DNA of 64,000 nt from Phoronis australis (taxonomy: Eukaryota; Animalia; Phoronida), in the NCBI GenBank assembly GCA_002633005.1, contig NMRA01000071.1:27842-91841 (forward strand), written 5' to 3'. Positions 26,366-39,149 of the stretch are shown here, piece after piece (position 1 is the stretch's first letter; each line of letters begins with the position of its first letter). The notes beneath the pieces are model-generated. The model was not told the origin of the DNA and made no database searches. It saw only the letters and a list, made by a program, of their open reading frames with translations. Made by a program: the position numbers and the translations under genes.

Positions 26366-27717
26366 GCACGGAGTTTCGTGTATTAACAAATCTCTCTTCA
26401 TTAGTAATGCTTTTCGGGCCATCTTCAAAAGAAATACTATTGTTGGAGCTCTTTGGATACTTTTATCGTTATAAAACGATCGAGAATATTGTCTTTGTGC
26501 AATTCGCGGCAAGTGATGCTTAAGTTTACAAACTTTCGATTCTGGTCATTGCTACTTTTTGTTTTCTGAACAGTCTTACGTCTTCCGGTTGTTTGGGCAA
26601 CAACTTTTGATGCTGCTGAAATTCGCATATTCTCTGGTTTTATGACGACATTTTGAATTTTGGTCTAAACTTCCACGCACAAATAGTTGGCTGTGTTAGA
26701 TTGATAGGGTGCAAAGTGACAATTACCCAGGGCCGCTCCTCGAAGAAAGCACCTCATATTATAGGGCGTCCTTAATACAAAAGGCGAGCTGCCCAAAAGC
26801 TAACTTGAAATAACGGGAAAAGGGTAACATTGATTCCATCGTCGGATCACCCTCGTGTTCACTGATTTCGCTTTAAAGGTTAGAGTTCACAATAACAGGA
26901 AAAGGGAGGCAACTGATTCTATGCAGACAAAAATTGTATTTTGTACCAATTAGCTCTGGAGTTTTTTCGGACTGTTTAAATATGAACAGGAACAACTTTA
27001 CAAGTGAGCGCAAACCAAACACAATGCGTATTTTTTAAATGTTGGGGGCCCTAGCGATTAGTTCCTGTTCTCGATTATTCCTGCCCACATCCCCACGCCG
27101 ACACTGGTGGCGCCGAAGGTTCGTATGTGTTTAATAAGTGTGGCTTCACGTGTAGGGGTGTTTGACCCCCTGCTCCCTGCTTCCTATTTCTTTTGATAAC
27201 GAACCGTCAGTTCCTTGCAAGATCCCAAATCCCTTCTCATCGTTGCAAGGAACAGAAAGCGACCAGTTTTTGAGCGGTTTTGAGATTAAAATCAAATTTG
27301 TTTGTGACAGAACGGCAGTTTATGACCGATATTCACGAACCTAGATATATGGCTAAATTTGTTTATATTACGCATGGTCCAATCTGCTGTATTAAAGTTG
27401 TGGGTCAAGACTGATTTTAACTCAACTGCTTAATTTCACTGCATGACATTCATTATTATAGTGATTTGCATATTTCACTGTTATGATTTCATGAAAATAC
27501 TAGGCCAAGCAAATGTGCTTCACCGTTTCTCTTCCTTTACTACATAGTAAAGAAGCACTATTCAAAATATTGACTGCTAGTAAGTTGATATTTTCAAAAT
27601 TCTGTCCCCGCCAAATATATTTTTGAAATTATAGTTTTTACACATTGTCAAATTTGAAATTATCAACCGCGTGTGTGCATACGTAACTTAGGTCGTTCTC
27701 TCTTTCACATATTTCAG

Positions 27718-27869
27718 AAGCTTTGAAGGTAGCTAGGTTTGCTCTTGACCTAACCATCCATATGTTGGCAATCACAGTTAACCCTGCCTTCGTCTTGTTG
27801 AAGCCTTTTGTTGCCTTCCTGTGGCCTAGTCCAAAAAAACCCAGCGCTTGGGACCAAGTGCGTGCCAAG
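27718..27869 (+). CDS. Cry/delta-endotoxin domain-I-like gene, exon A (phase 1-0)
   Basis: acceptor tttcacatatttcag, donor AAG|gtaggt; EALKVARFALDLTIHMLAITVNPAFVLLKPFVAFLWPSPKKPSAWDQVRAK (LWP...W motif after a hydrophobic hairpin). Confidence 0.75.
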
Positions 27870-28288
27870 GTAGGTCATCACTGTTATTTGTTTCATTATC
27901 ATTAGAGCTGTATGCATAAATCTGTCCTGTCTACAAATTTACACCATCATTTTTGTACACGAGTAAGCCATAACAGGAAGGCCTTTTATGTAACTTTTGT
28001 TGTTCCATTATAACACGTCTTTTCTCGTTTTCATGTTTTGTTGAAAAACAAAAAATGAGCCACACTGTCTCCTCGACATATGGTTGGGTCTACGAGAACA
28101 AGTTATAATGACGAGAACAGGTAAACACCGTGCAGCGATGATACCTACGCTATTTTAACGGCATTTATGCTGCAACCACGACAAGCAACGAGTTTGGATA
28201 CTCCTGTCACTCGTCAGATTTGAAATGTGTTCTAAGAGCTATGAGCAGTGTGAAATGTAATCTTGCTCATGTTGTTATTTGTTTAAAG

Positions 28289-28572
28289 GTCCATAAGCTA
28301 ATTAATCAAAAGATGAATGAAGCCTATGCCAATGATCTGAAGAACTTTTTGACAAGTCTCAAAAAGGAGATGGATGCTTACAACGGTTACTCTGACACAA
28401 GCTCTCAGAAAGTACCCAAGATTATCTCTATAGATACATCTTTAGGGGTAAGAGAAGAAAAGTTCATGAACAAAAAAGATCCTGTGTCGACTTTGACGTA
28501 TTACGTTCCTTACGTCACCACACGACTGATGGTTAAACTGGAAGCTATGAAAGTTGCAAAACCTGCAGAAAA
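28289..28572 (+). CDS. Cry-domain-I-like gene, exon B (phase 0-2)
   Basis: acceptor ttatttgtttaaag, donor AA|gtaagt; VHKLINQKMNEAYANDLKNFLTSLKKEMDAY...FMNKKDPVSTLTYYVPYVTTRLMVKLEAMKV. Confidence 0.8.
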
Positions 28573-28619
28573 GTAAGTACGAATTTCTTTTATATCTTTG
28601 CAAGTGTTAAGTCATCAAT

Positions 28620-29360
28620 GTCGCGTGTCTTACTGCATTTAAATATAAGATGTTTGACCTGCAATCTCTCGGTTCAAAATAGATATCTAAAAACATTTAT
28701 AACATCATGCATTGACATGTTTACACAACTACTCTAAGGCACCTTATGGTCCTGAGTTAATCAAAGTATATCTTGGTCTTCCCTTTCTGGTTAACAGTAG
28801 TTATATGGTCGACAGACAGGTTAAGAGGAGGCTTGGGCCTATTGCTTCATGCTTACAATTTGTAATAATTTTTAAGCCTGTTAACGTACTTTTTCATTGT
28901 CTAGGCGCAAATCACCATTGAATAAGTCATGTTGTGTACCCACTCAACTGTTATGAATGTGAACAGTTTTGCATTGGAATGACCAACTGGATTCTCAGCA
29001 TCATTGTAACGATACACACAGTGATGTTCTTAATCATTTATTGGCCTCTGGTCACACTATAGATTATGCTGTTCGGATATTTGACAAGGATAATATCACA
29101 TTCAGGCTCCTCATAAGGGGGCTATGCATATACGGTTGAATCACGCTGAGCATTGGTTCATTTGAGCTCCAGCTGTTTTGATTTCTTGTCTCTATACTCC
29201 TTGCCTTTTGATGTGTACCTCTGCAGGCGGTTCGCCTGTGTTACCTGACTGGAGTATTGTGAAGAACATTCGTCTTGAGAATGACTTAGTGATAACCGAA
29301 ACGTCGACTAATACAGTGTCTTTATTTGTGTATGTGCCGACTTTATTGTTCGTAATTAAT
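28620..29360 (+). mobile_element. Penelope-like element remnant (GIY-YIG region plus terminal repeat with hammerhead-like motif)
   Basis: KAPYGPELIKVYLGLPF, SHVVYPLNCYECEQFCIGMT; gtc-TTGAGAA..CGAAACGTC-gac at ~29272-29308; homologous to 42490-42870. Confidence 0.7.
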
Positions 29361-29404
29361 TGAAAACCAGTAATGCATGCACACTCACGTAAGCACGCAT
29401 TCAG

Positions 29405-29469
<65 letters not shown>

Positions 29470-31064
29470 AACAAACAAACACTTAGCTACGCAATTACGA
29501 GTAATTTTTAATAAATACGTAAAAGCACGTATTAGAAAGGCCTAAACTTTTCATGTGCAAACGCAGAACAAATTCTCGCGACAGTAAGTTAAATAAAACA
29601 AGGTTTGCTAGCTTTTATTGACGAACAAGTCGAATCGACAGAAACCGGAAACCGAGACGGGGTCCGGGGAAAAACCTTAACGAACACAATGGCGTAATCA
29701 CTTTCCTCTCCTCTGGGTACAGTGGAAGCTAAAGAACAATACACGACTTAAAGTAGGTCTATGGAGTACAGAATCTCGAACAACGTTTCAACAGTAATAA
29801 CAATTAAACAACAACGTAATAAACACTTATAGCTAAGCATAGTCTCTGTCTGGCATGTCTCCGTCTTAGCTGCCAAAATAGAAACTTAAGGAATGAGTAA
29901 ACGGTCCACTGGTGCTACTCCATAATCCAATCACTAACGTGCCAAGCGGGGGGTTTGCGGTTGCGATGAGAGCGCCGTAATGTGGTGGCATCCTGCGCAA
30001 CAGCGTCGGAGCTGAGGACATCTTTCTCATCCGAAATCAGCCGCTGGACCGGCTGCTCCGGTATCAAGAGTCGGTTCAGGTAGAGGAGGTCGTAGTTATC
30101 ACCTCCGGCAATCGAGGGGTGTGAGCGGTACTTCGGGCCGGTAATCCCACGGGGGATCACGCACACGAAAATCGTAGGGGTCGTGGCCAGTAGGTCATCG
30201 TCATCAGAGGTATCTAGCTGATCTGAGGTAAAGAACTTAGGATTCGAAGCCGTGGAAGACACAGGGAAGCAGTCTGATACACGTACAGTGTAAGTTTAAC
30301 TGCGGAACCGTGAGCGAGTGAACTTAGGCAGCTCACACCATTCATCAGACACGCTTGTGACGAGGTACTTCTCGCGGGCCTTTGTCTTGACACAATCACC
30401 CTTTAGGAATACCAGTTGACCAACAAAGAGCCGTGCAGGGTTATGAGCGCGACCACGGGACTTTGATATGGCACTAGGGAGATGGTTGTCAATACGGGAT
30501 TGGTGTTGACGGATTATCATCTCCCTGTCAGCGATGGGCAGTTGACAACCTGCGACTTGATCCCGCTGTGTCCACAATTTACGAGAAAACAAACCGGGAG
30601 TTCATACTGGACGTGGCAATAGCAAGAGTTGCAGAGGACACTGACCCACCCTCTAGAGATAAACGCAGGAGTTCCATGCCCAACTCGACAACTGCATGTT
30701 CAGCCACATGATTCTTATTGACGTTCTTTAAGGCGAAGGCAACCTTTTTCCATGTCATTTTAAGCTAAAATAAGATTGGTTGGTTATCCTAGACATATTT
30801 TTCACTTAATTACAGCTTTTCGTAATTTTATTAATTACTCGTCCGCTATTCCGGAAGTGACGTTTTAGGAGGCAAGCGTTTCCCGCCACTTGGTTTTGCA
30901 ATGAGTTTACTGTGCGAATCTGTTCTATTCTACTTCTGTTTTGTGCTATTTTTCACCAATTGTCGCCACCACTTTCCATCGGCGAGTATTCTGCGGCAAG
31001 ATAGGTTAGTAGAGAACTCAACTACGTTGGATTTAGGGATTGTTTAGAGTTTTATAAGCTGAAA

Positions 31065-31460
31065 ATGGCTGGAGTCGGTGACCCGTATCACAGTGACAGT
31101 AGTGTGAGTGACGGAGACCTTGTTCACAGCAGTGGTGACGAGGAATTTTTTCACGGACATTCAGTGGGTGGGTACATGTTTGAGCCCGAGTATAACGAGG
31201 CAGAGTACGCACAGGCACAGGCAGCTGTTGAGAGAAACGAGGCGGCTACTGAGGACAGACGTGGTGACACATCTTGGTGCAAATGCACTGTGTGCGTTGT
31301 TATGCCTACCTCAATGGAATGCTTGTGCTGTTCAGAGTTCGATGAGGCCAAGCCACTACTGGACACGGTTAAGTGGACCTCCGGCATACCACGGACAGAG
31401 GAACAACTGTCCCACTTGCCAGAGTGTCCCGCGACACACTCCCACTGGATGGTGACCTGA
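31065..31460 (+). pseudogene. KolX / P2X7-cytoplasmic-domain-like N-terminal fragment
   Basis: acidic N-terminus, GYMFEPEY, SWCKCTVCVVMPTSMECLCC; homology lost after ~31370. Confidence 0.75.
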
Positions 31461-32218
31461 GCACCCAAACTGCTTACATCGTGTCGTGTGACTCCCTCGC
31501 CACACACCTGGCACCTTCTAAATAGCTCCAACACTTTAGACAAGTCCACAATAAACTTATCAAAGTTTGGCTCACCGATCTGTTCACTGGACGACGAACT
31601 GTCCTCTTCACTGGGTGTCGAACTGAGCCTGTAATCACTCCCACTACTCAATATCGCTGCAGGGCTGCTTAGAGGCTCTGGGCTGGAGAAAACAGCACAG
31701 GGCGAATCACTACTGGTTCCAGGAATTGCACGCTCTGGGGTACGTTCGGAGGCACGGGTGACAGTAGATGAAGTGCCTCCACTGGCTCCAGTCACTGTAC
31801 TGGCCACAGCTCGCGAGGCTTCTCGCTTCAAAAACGCACTTCTCGGGGGTGGCGACGGGGCACTGCCGGGAATCAACACAGACGGAATGGCAACCTTCTT
31901 CAGGCGTTGTTTCGCAGGGACCTTCATCAGTTCAGCGTACAAATCCCTTTCGTAATCGGACGGCAGAAAGTGATTGCCACACACACGGTAATTCTCCACT
32001 GCTTTGTACGTTGCGTGGACGGGTAACGCTGCGTTCTTCACACGAACGAGCCAAGTACGGTGAAGTGTGTCATCCATCGGAAAGCGATGCAAAGGTACTC
32101 TAAAAGCGCGTGAGCCGATAATTAGTACATCCCGGTACGCAGCAACAGTGTGGCATGTTGACTGACTAGTATGTGAAAGCAAACGACGACGGAACTTAAC
32201 ACAACCGAGGTAGAACAA
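31151..32218 (-). pseudogene. THAP-domain Kolobok transposase fragment (catalytic core deleted)
   Basis: MPHCCCVPGCT (shifted frame)...LHRFP..RTWL..RVCGNHF..AIPSV; KFIVDLSKVLELFRRCQVCG..CVAGHSGKW. Confidence 0.8.
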
Positions 32219-35200
32219 TGACAGACTCGGTAGCTCTCACAGTCAGACTATATGTAAAGGAATTGGCGCGAAATGCTTGCCTCCTAAAACGTCACTTCCG
32301 GAATAGCGGACGAGTAATTAATAAAATTACGAAAAGCTATTAATAATTAAGTGGAAAATATGTCTAGGATAACCAATCAACCTTATTTTAGCTCAAAATG
32401 ACATGGAAAAAGGTTGCCTTCGCCTTTATCTTGACCAATGTCAAGGTGATCACTGAAAGTAACATCTGGTCATTCTTCAAAGCAACGAATCCAGGAGCCG
32501 CGTCGACTCGAACATTTATTCCGTTTTCAGTAAGAGGGCATATTGCAGAACAAAGAATAACTAGAATGTTTCGAAGTGAACGACACGTTCTCGTTGGAGT
32601 TGGAATGGCTCAGCTGACTTAACATCTAAGACGCCGTCGTTGGCGATTGAGACCGCATTGAGATAACGCCTGACATTTTTGATTTTGCTTTGCTTACGCG
32701 AAGGACGAGTACCCTGAGACAGGTGGGCATGGCTTCGGCGAAGGTCTGGGCATTCCCGTAGCTGCGCGGCTTGTGAAGGGCATTTGCATGGCGCTCTGAA
32801 GAACATCATCAACCGACAAGCTTCGAACGACTGAATCTTCAAGTTCGGCAATGAACTTACATACCTGACAAGATTAGTCTTGGCAGGATGTTGGGTTTCT
32901 GCTAGAGAAGTCGGAGGGGAGGTTCGCTGCACCAGCAATGTGTACATAGAAACGTCGATACTCGAGCGCTAGTGGAGAACTCACCTCGCATAAGTTTTCC
33001 GTAGGCCTAAACGCATGGACGACTGTCTGTCAGGACTTGGGTGGGATTAAAGGCCTGGATGATGCATGGGGAAAAATGACGGACTGCGGCACCAATACAC
33101 AGAGTCTCAACTTCGCAGGGTAACCAGACTGTTCGATGTTTACGCAGCTTCGCATTAAAGAAGCCATTGAGGAGAAGTTTGTCCCCTCTGCGGAGGTACA
33201 GGGTGGCACACAAGCTACGATGCTTCACAGAACCGTCAGTCACAATGGGCAGATGATCATCAGGTCTAGGCATGAATATCACCTTTGTGTCTTTGAGAGC
33301 AGACTGGGACTTCTTAAAAAATTTCACGAGATCGTCGGACCAGGAGATGCGTTCACGAGACTCGCTTCCAGCCACGACAGCTTCAAGCGGGTCGAGAAGA
33401 GAGGCATAGTCAGGGAGAACACGACTTAGCATCTTAAAAGCCCCAATATATGATCTGAGACCGAACACAGTTGTGGGAGGCTCAACTGAGGAGAGCTGAG
33501 ACCTTATGATCACTGGCTGTAAGGAATCCTGGGACCATTTCCAACCAATGACGGTGGTTGAATTAGGGCAGATGACGGTTTTCTTGGCGGACAGACGCAG
33601 GTTGTTTCGCCGAAGAGCCTGGAGGACTAGTCTGCAACGTTGGAGCAATTGGTCAGGTGAGCTTCCACAGATCATCTGCGATTTTAGTGACCCAATCTTG
33701 CTGAATGAAATCACCCAGAACTCTGGACATGAGCTTCTCGAGACAAGTCTCTGATCCCGGCATCCCGATCGAGTGTAAACGCGAATGCCTTTAAATGGCG
33801 TACCGACACCACAATATTTCATAGACGAATGACACATTGGGCATGAGGGACGGTTGGGGCTTACAATAGCGGGGAACCTCTCCAAACGAGGTAACAAGCC
33901 GACTACCGCCGCTTGGTTTTTTGATGGGGAAGGAGATGTTGAGATATTCTACTTGCACATTCACCTGTTCTGGCTTGGCGAAAGCACCATCGGTCTCGAG
34001 CTCATCAAATTGTGTTCGAAGTACAAGGGACTCGCGGTTGTATTATGGAAGCCGGCCTTTCGTTGAGGAGGGAAAGTGGGTCCAACATTCACAACAGCCT
34101 CTATCTTCCCACTAGCACCATTGTACTTAGAAACGGCAGGATTGAATACATCATCTAATTCAGCATGTAGGGACTGGAAGCGGGCGCAAATCAGGGTTAC
34201 GCCTGATGGAATCAGAAAGTAGAGGTCTAGTATGGGTGCCTGGAGGCGGGGCGCTAGTCGTATTTAGGGGGGCATCAGCCGGGGTCGGTAGTTCGATGTA
34301 CTGGCCGGGGAGAACGACAGAACGCTGAGGGCAACGCAAGAGAAAAGACTGCGTAAGTCGTGTGGTGGGTAATGTCTCCTTGGGAATACTGACACCCTAG
34401 GGGACAACAACAGAACCAGAAATTACGATCTGGCGCATAGCGGGGCGAACAGCAATGTCATTGTAGGACATGAAGGGATTTCCAGCAAGAATATCAACAT
34501 CAAGCTGGCGAACCACCAAAGCATCCAGACGAAAGTTGTGAGAGCCACGTGTAAGCCGGCAGTGGATCTCGCCAACAAGCTCAAGGGGGGGTTTACGGCA
34601 GCCGAACCGCCCGGTAGACGCTTGCGAGGGAAATAGTCATACCGTATAACGATACGACAGACTCGCGCACTATGTTAGTAGTAGCACCAGTGTCTAGTGT
34701 GACTTGCACGGGATGATCCTCGAAGAAGGCTTTCAAGACAGGAGACTGCATAATAGTGACACGTCGAGCTGATTGGGTATCAAGTGACACAGAGCCACAG
34801 GAGGCGTCGGCAGCTTCGGTGGATGGCTTGTCGTCGACATCAGCGTCATCGTCTTCAAAGTCCGTAACCCGGCGTGATCTGGTGATGCGACGCTTATCGC
34901 TGTCAGGTAGGACTCTGCAATCTTCAAGGTTGTGGGAAAAGGATGGTCGGCCGGCGGTCTTGCTGAGAATGCAAGAATAGAAATTTTTTCTGCGACCAGG
35001 AGGTGCACCAATGCGCATCACACGGGTGTCCTCGATAGTCCGGAGTTCTTCCAGGATTTAAGTTACTACGAGAGATATTTCCGTTTTAATCGAAGCCAGC
35101 GTGTTGTTACGAAGCTCAGCTCTATACTTTTGCTTGACTAGAAATGGCAGCCATGGTGAACCAATCCAAGCCAAATAAATACAATAACATTTTCCAGCGT

Positions 35201-36660
35201 CGGGGTCAAGTCCTCCTCATAATCCACGGCGGTGCCATGGTGTAGAAGGCCACAGGCAAGTGAGAGGAGATTATCCTCGAAAAAGGCAGTCACACGTTGT
35301 TAGAGGTACTCGGACGCTCGTCGGGTTGCAGGTGGATATTGCAAAGGTCTAAAAAATGAGCGCCGGTCGAGGCAAAGCCAAAGTGCTGTCTGATTTTTTG
35401 CGAGATATCAGCCACCGAGTTCTTGATCATCGAGTTCCGGGAGATGACGGGGCAGTAATTAGTCACTTGTCCGAAAATGAGTTCGAGTCGAGCATTCTTT
35501 TGTATGGCAGTCAGTCGCTCGGCAGCATCGACGTCGGTGCCGTCATCGACGAGACCTTGCAACGGGTTGGCACTGGTTTTCTTGAACCACTGAGAAGTCA
35601 GAAACGGCTCACAGGTTTTGTTTAGACTAAAAGTATATATAAGATTCTGCCGCCAGTTCTCATACGTGGTGATGGTCTCCGTTTTAGTTAGAGACCACTG
35701 TTTAGGGGCGCGTACTACCATGTTGAATGAAGGTTCCGGATCTAAAAACGTCAATTACTCACGTCATACAATCAAAAATAAAAAGTGTCCTTGTTGTCAG
35801 AAGACTACAGTTGCATTAGAGTCTCTTCGGGTTGGTAAGAGCAGCTGCCACCACGACAGTAAGTTAAATAAAACAAGGTTTGCTGGCGTTTATGGACGAA
35901 CAAGTCGAATCGACAGAAACCGGAAACCGAGACGGGGTCCGGGGAAAAACCTTAACAAACACAATGGCGACAGGCAAGTTTCAATTCTGTCCTTAAAGTA
36001 CATGATTTTAGCACGGAAAATGACTTGTTGAAAAACTCCTACCAAGTAGTTTGATAGACTGTTAAAAGTGAATCTAAAACTGGAGCTGAAAGATCAGAGG
36101 TCAGACTATTCCCAGCATCCAACCAGAGTCACGGGTCGGTGCGTATTATAAATAATGAGTAATGGAAATTGTGCATTATGGAGGCAGGGTAACTTGTTCC
36201 GGGGTAACTTGCGCCACTTGTAATTGCTTTGTGGTCGCAAAACTGGGGTAAAGTAACAGTAACTACCAGCTTTGTATTCTTATGAGTGTAGAGGTTAGTA
36301 AGGCTAGGGCCTCGCTGCAAAGGCAAGACTTCGCGATATTACCGCGTATTTGAATGAGACCACGTGATTTGGGCTAGATTTTTCTAGCCACGAGAAAGCT
36401 GCTGAACGCTACACTGTTGTACATTATCATGCACGGAGCAATGACATCTGCCTTTACTCTAGTTATCGAATAGATGTGTGTGGACGCTCCACTTAAAAGT
36501 GGGTTTCATGAGTGACACTAGTGCAAGTTGCTGTAGGACGGAATTTAATCTACATGTATTTCTATCTGCTCAGAAGGGTATGCGCCTTCTGTTGCTGATA
36601 AGAGTCTTTGACCTCTGCAAATTGGGAAGTAGAATCTGAGTTCAGCCAGGCCCAAGGTGA

Positions 36661-37918
36661 CCCTTACGAAAAATTCCAATGGGATTTCCTAATGGATTTC
36701 TATAGGAAGTCCTATAGGAAGTCCTATAGGATCCAATTGGATTTTGTCCCACCAGCCTATAGGATTCCAATAGGATTCCTATTGGAGCCTATAGGAGTCC
36801 TATAGGATCCTGTAGGAACCCTATAGGCTGGTGGGCCAAAATCCAATTGGATCCTATAGGAATCCTATACGAAATCCTATAGGATTTCCTAATGTTGTTC
36901 TCTGATAGTCAAACTTGTAAGCTTACGTCGAGTGTTTTAATTGCTGTAAAGATAACTGTTCATTGAATCGCGTTTCAGTGACATCTGTTGTCCAGTTGAA
37001 AAACTGTCCATTTAAGTCCCTAAGCCATACAAATGATGAAAACATTTCCTTAGAAGTTTAGACACAACATTATAATTTACAACACCAGAAATGAAACAGC
37101 TTTAATGACACACACATATATATATATATATATATATGTATATGTTATGTTTTAAGAGAATTTCATATACAAGAAATTCAGTAGGATTCTATTAGTTCAA
37201 TAAGATCCTATAGGAAGTTCAATAGGATATTATAGGAAATCCTATAGGAATTTTCTATAAGATTTCCTATTGGATCCTATATGATTTCCTACAGGAATCC
37301 TATAGGATTTCCTATAGGAATCCTATAGGACTTTTCTGTAGGATTACCTATAGGAGTCTTGTAAGATTTCCTATTGGATCCTATAGGATTTCCTATAGGA
37401 ATCCTATAGGACTTTTCTGTAGGATTACCTATAGGAGTCTTATAAGATTTCCTATTGGATCCTATAGGATTTCCTACAGGAATTCTATAGGATCCTACAA
37501 TACTAAGGCATCCAATAGGAAAGCCTATAGAAATGTTTTAGGATATCCTATGAGAAACCTATAGGAATTCGTATAAGTCTTGAATATATCCAGTGGACAG
37601 TTCAATAGGATTCTATAGGAAGTTCAATAGGATTATATGAAGCAATTAACATACATGTACTAAGACTCGTCTGAATATTAAAATTTACAAAAATTAATGA
37701 CTCGGAAGAGCTGAAATTAGATAAAAACAAATCGATATTTTACTATATACTCTTAGGCAATTTGTTTGATAAAATGCTTAGAAATCAGATTTGTGGTTAA
37801 ATTCCTGTGTAGGATATTTTCAATAGAAATCTCTATAGGATATCTTGATCCTATAGGATCCTATGATCCTATAGGATCCTATGATCCTGTAGGATCCTAT
37901 TGAATATTTTCGTATGGG
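36661..37918. mobile_element. CACTA/CMC-like non-autonomous element filled with palindromic CCTATAGG subrepeats
   Basis: TIR cccttacgaaaaattccaat / attgaatattttcgtatggg, 2-bp TSD ga; dozens of tcctatagga motifs. Confidence 0.75.
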
Positions 37919-37995
37919 GAAGGTCGGTGATAATATTTATTCTTATATTTTGCACTGTACCCGTTCAGTAACAGATTTCGTAACAATACTTTCAG

Positions 37996-38120
37996 ACAGC
38001 CACATGCTAAAGAATTCCTTGAGTTGTGTAAACGGCACATTCCATTTCTTGGAAAGATGGCGTATGGTGAATTTGAAAAATGGAGACTGGGTCAGCTATC
38101 CTGCAAAAAGACCAGGAAAT
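37996..38120 (+). CDS. Cry-domain-I-like gene, exon C (phase 2-1)
   Basis: acceptor aatactttcag, donor T|gtaagc; completes AA|A=K then QPHAKEFLELCKRHIPFLGKMAYGEFEKWRLGQLSCKKTRK. Confidence 0.7.
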
Positions 38121-39149
38121 GTAAGCTGTAGATTCATGTGCTACGTAGTTGCATAAGACATACATTCTTCATACAATTTCCTCTGCCCTTACCCAATATA
38201 TTGAATTCATACAAAATTTCTCGCAAACTCACTTGTTCACTACAATCTTCTTCTAAGTGCTGACTCATGGTTTTTTCGTTTTTTGAACCCAGCTGTGCAC
38301 TCTTCGTTATTTCCATTGCTGTACCTGTCCTCCTTCGTTGAATAGGTTTAGGTGTCGCTATGAATACGTCCTTTAGCCCGTTTTGTAGCAAGTCGTAAGT
38401 TCGGTCTTAGTTAAGGTTGTCGCAAATTCGAGTTTAGTTTGAACGAAGTTCACTAACGTGGACTCGAATATGGAATTGATGAAAACGTTGAGTCCGTATA
38501 TTGTTACTTCATTCCAGATTCCGGTGAAATTAGAACCAGGCATTGTGTTTTGAACTTTATTTCTGTGGTATCAGTGTTTTGAAACCAGGAATCTGGAACT
38601 CAAACATTGTTCCATGTTCCAGTGATGTAGAACAATGATACTAACTGTAGTTTCAGGTTCATAATTTAATTTTGACAATGCACTGTCTCCGGATTTTGTT
38701 CCGCTGAGCAGTGACACTTACCTTTTATCATTGTACGTCCGCCGGATATTGGTCAGCTCTGCTGCGCCCAACCCCTTCATCACTTGTGCATACGCCGGAT
38801 GTTGGTGAGCTGTGTTTGGCATGTCCCCTTTAACATTTTCCGTCGCTGGAAAGTGGTCAGCTGTGCTGTGGCACTTCAATATTAACTTTGACAGACATTG
38901 CATTGTGTTCATGTACGACGTCATTGTGCCAGCATGTCTCGCTCAACGGCAAATAGAAAAGGCATTAACGAGTAGACCAAATGCATATTTACAGAGAAAA
39001 ATCACGAAATTCGAGAATGTGCTCTTGAATTGTTGTTTTTCAATATATTTTCTTTACAAAGGAACAATTAACTTCCATAAATTGGAAAGTTTACTTTTTG
39101 GGATTAATATAAAAGTTGCATGGTAGAAATTGCACTTAGCAACTCACAA

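Larger units (their letters stand above)
30731..32425. mobile_element. Kolobok-type deletion derivative nested in the retrotransposon integrase
   Basis: ~160-bp TIRs beginning AGGCGAAGGCAACC, flanked by tta (ttaa/ttta); removal restores ..LVKIKNVNKNHVAEHAV..; THAP-transposase N-part on - and KolX-like ORF on +. Confidence 0.88.
29579..35969 (-). mobile_element. Decayed gypsy-like LTR retrotransposon with short (~116-122 bp) LTRs
   Basis: direct repeats 29579-29700 and 35854-35969; PBS-like TGGTGGCAGC next to the right LTR; polypurine tract AGAGGAGAGGAAAG (29701-29714); gag ([24 protein letters not shown]), protease (LDTGATTN), RT/RNase H (IVTDGS, WLPCEVE, LTDSRPCV), integrase fragments. Confidence 0.9.
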
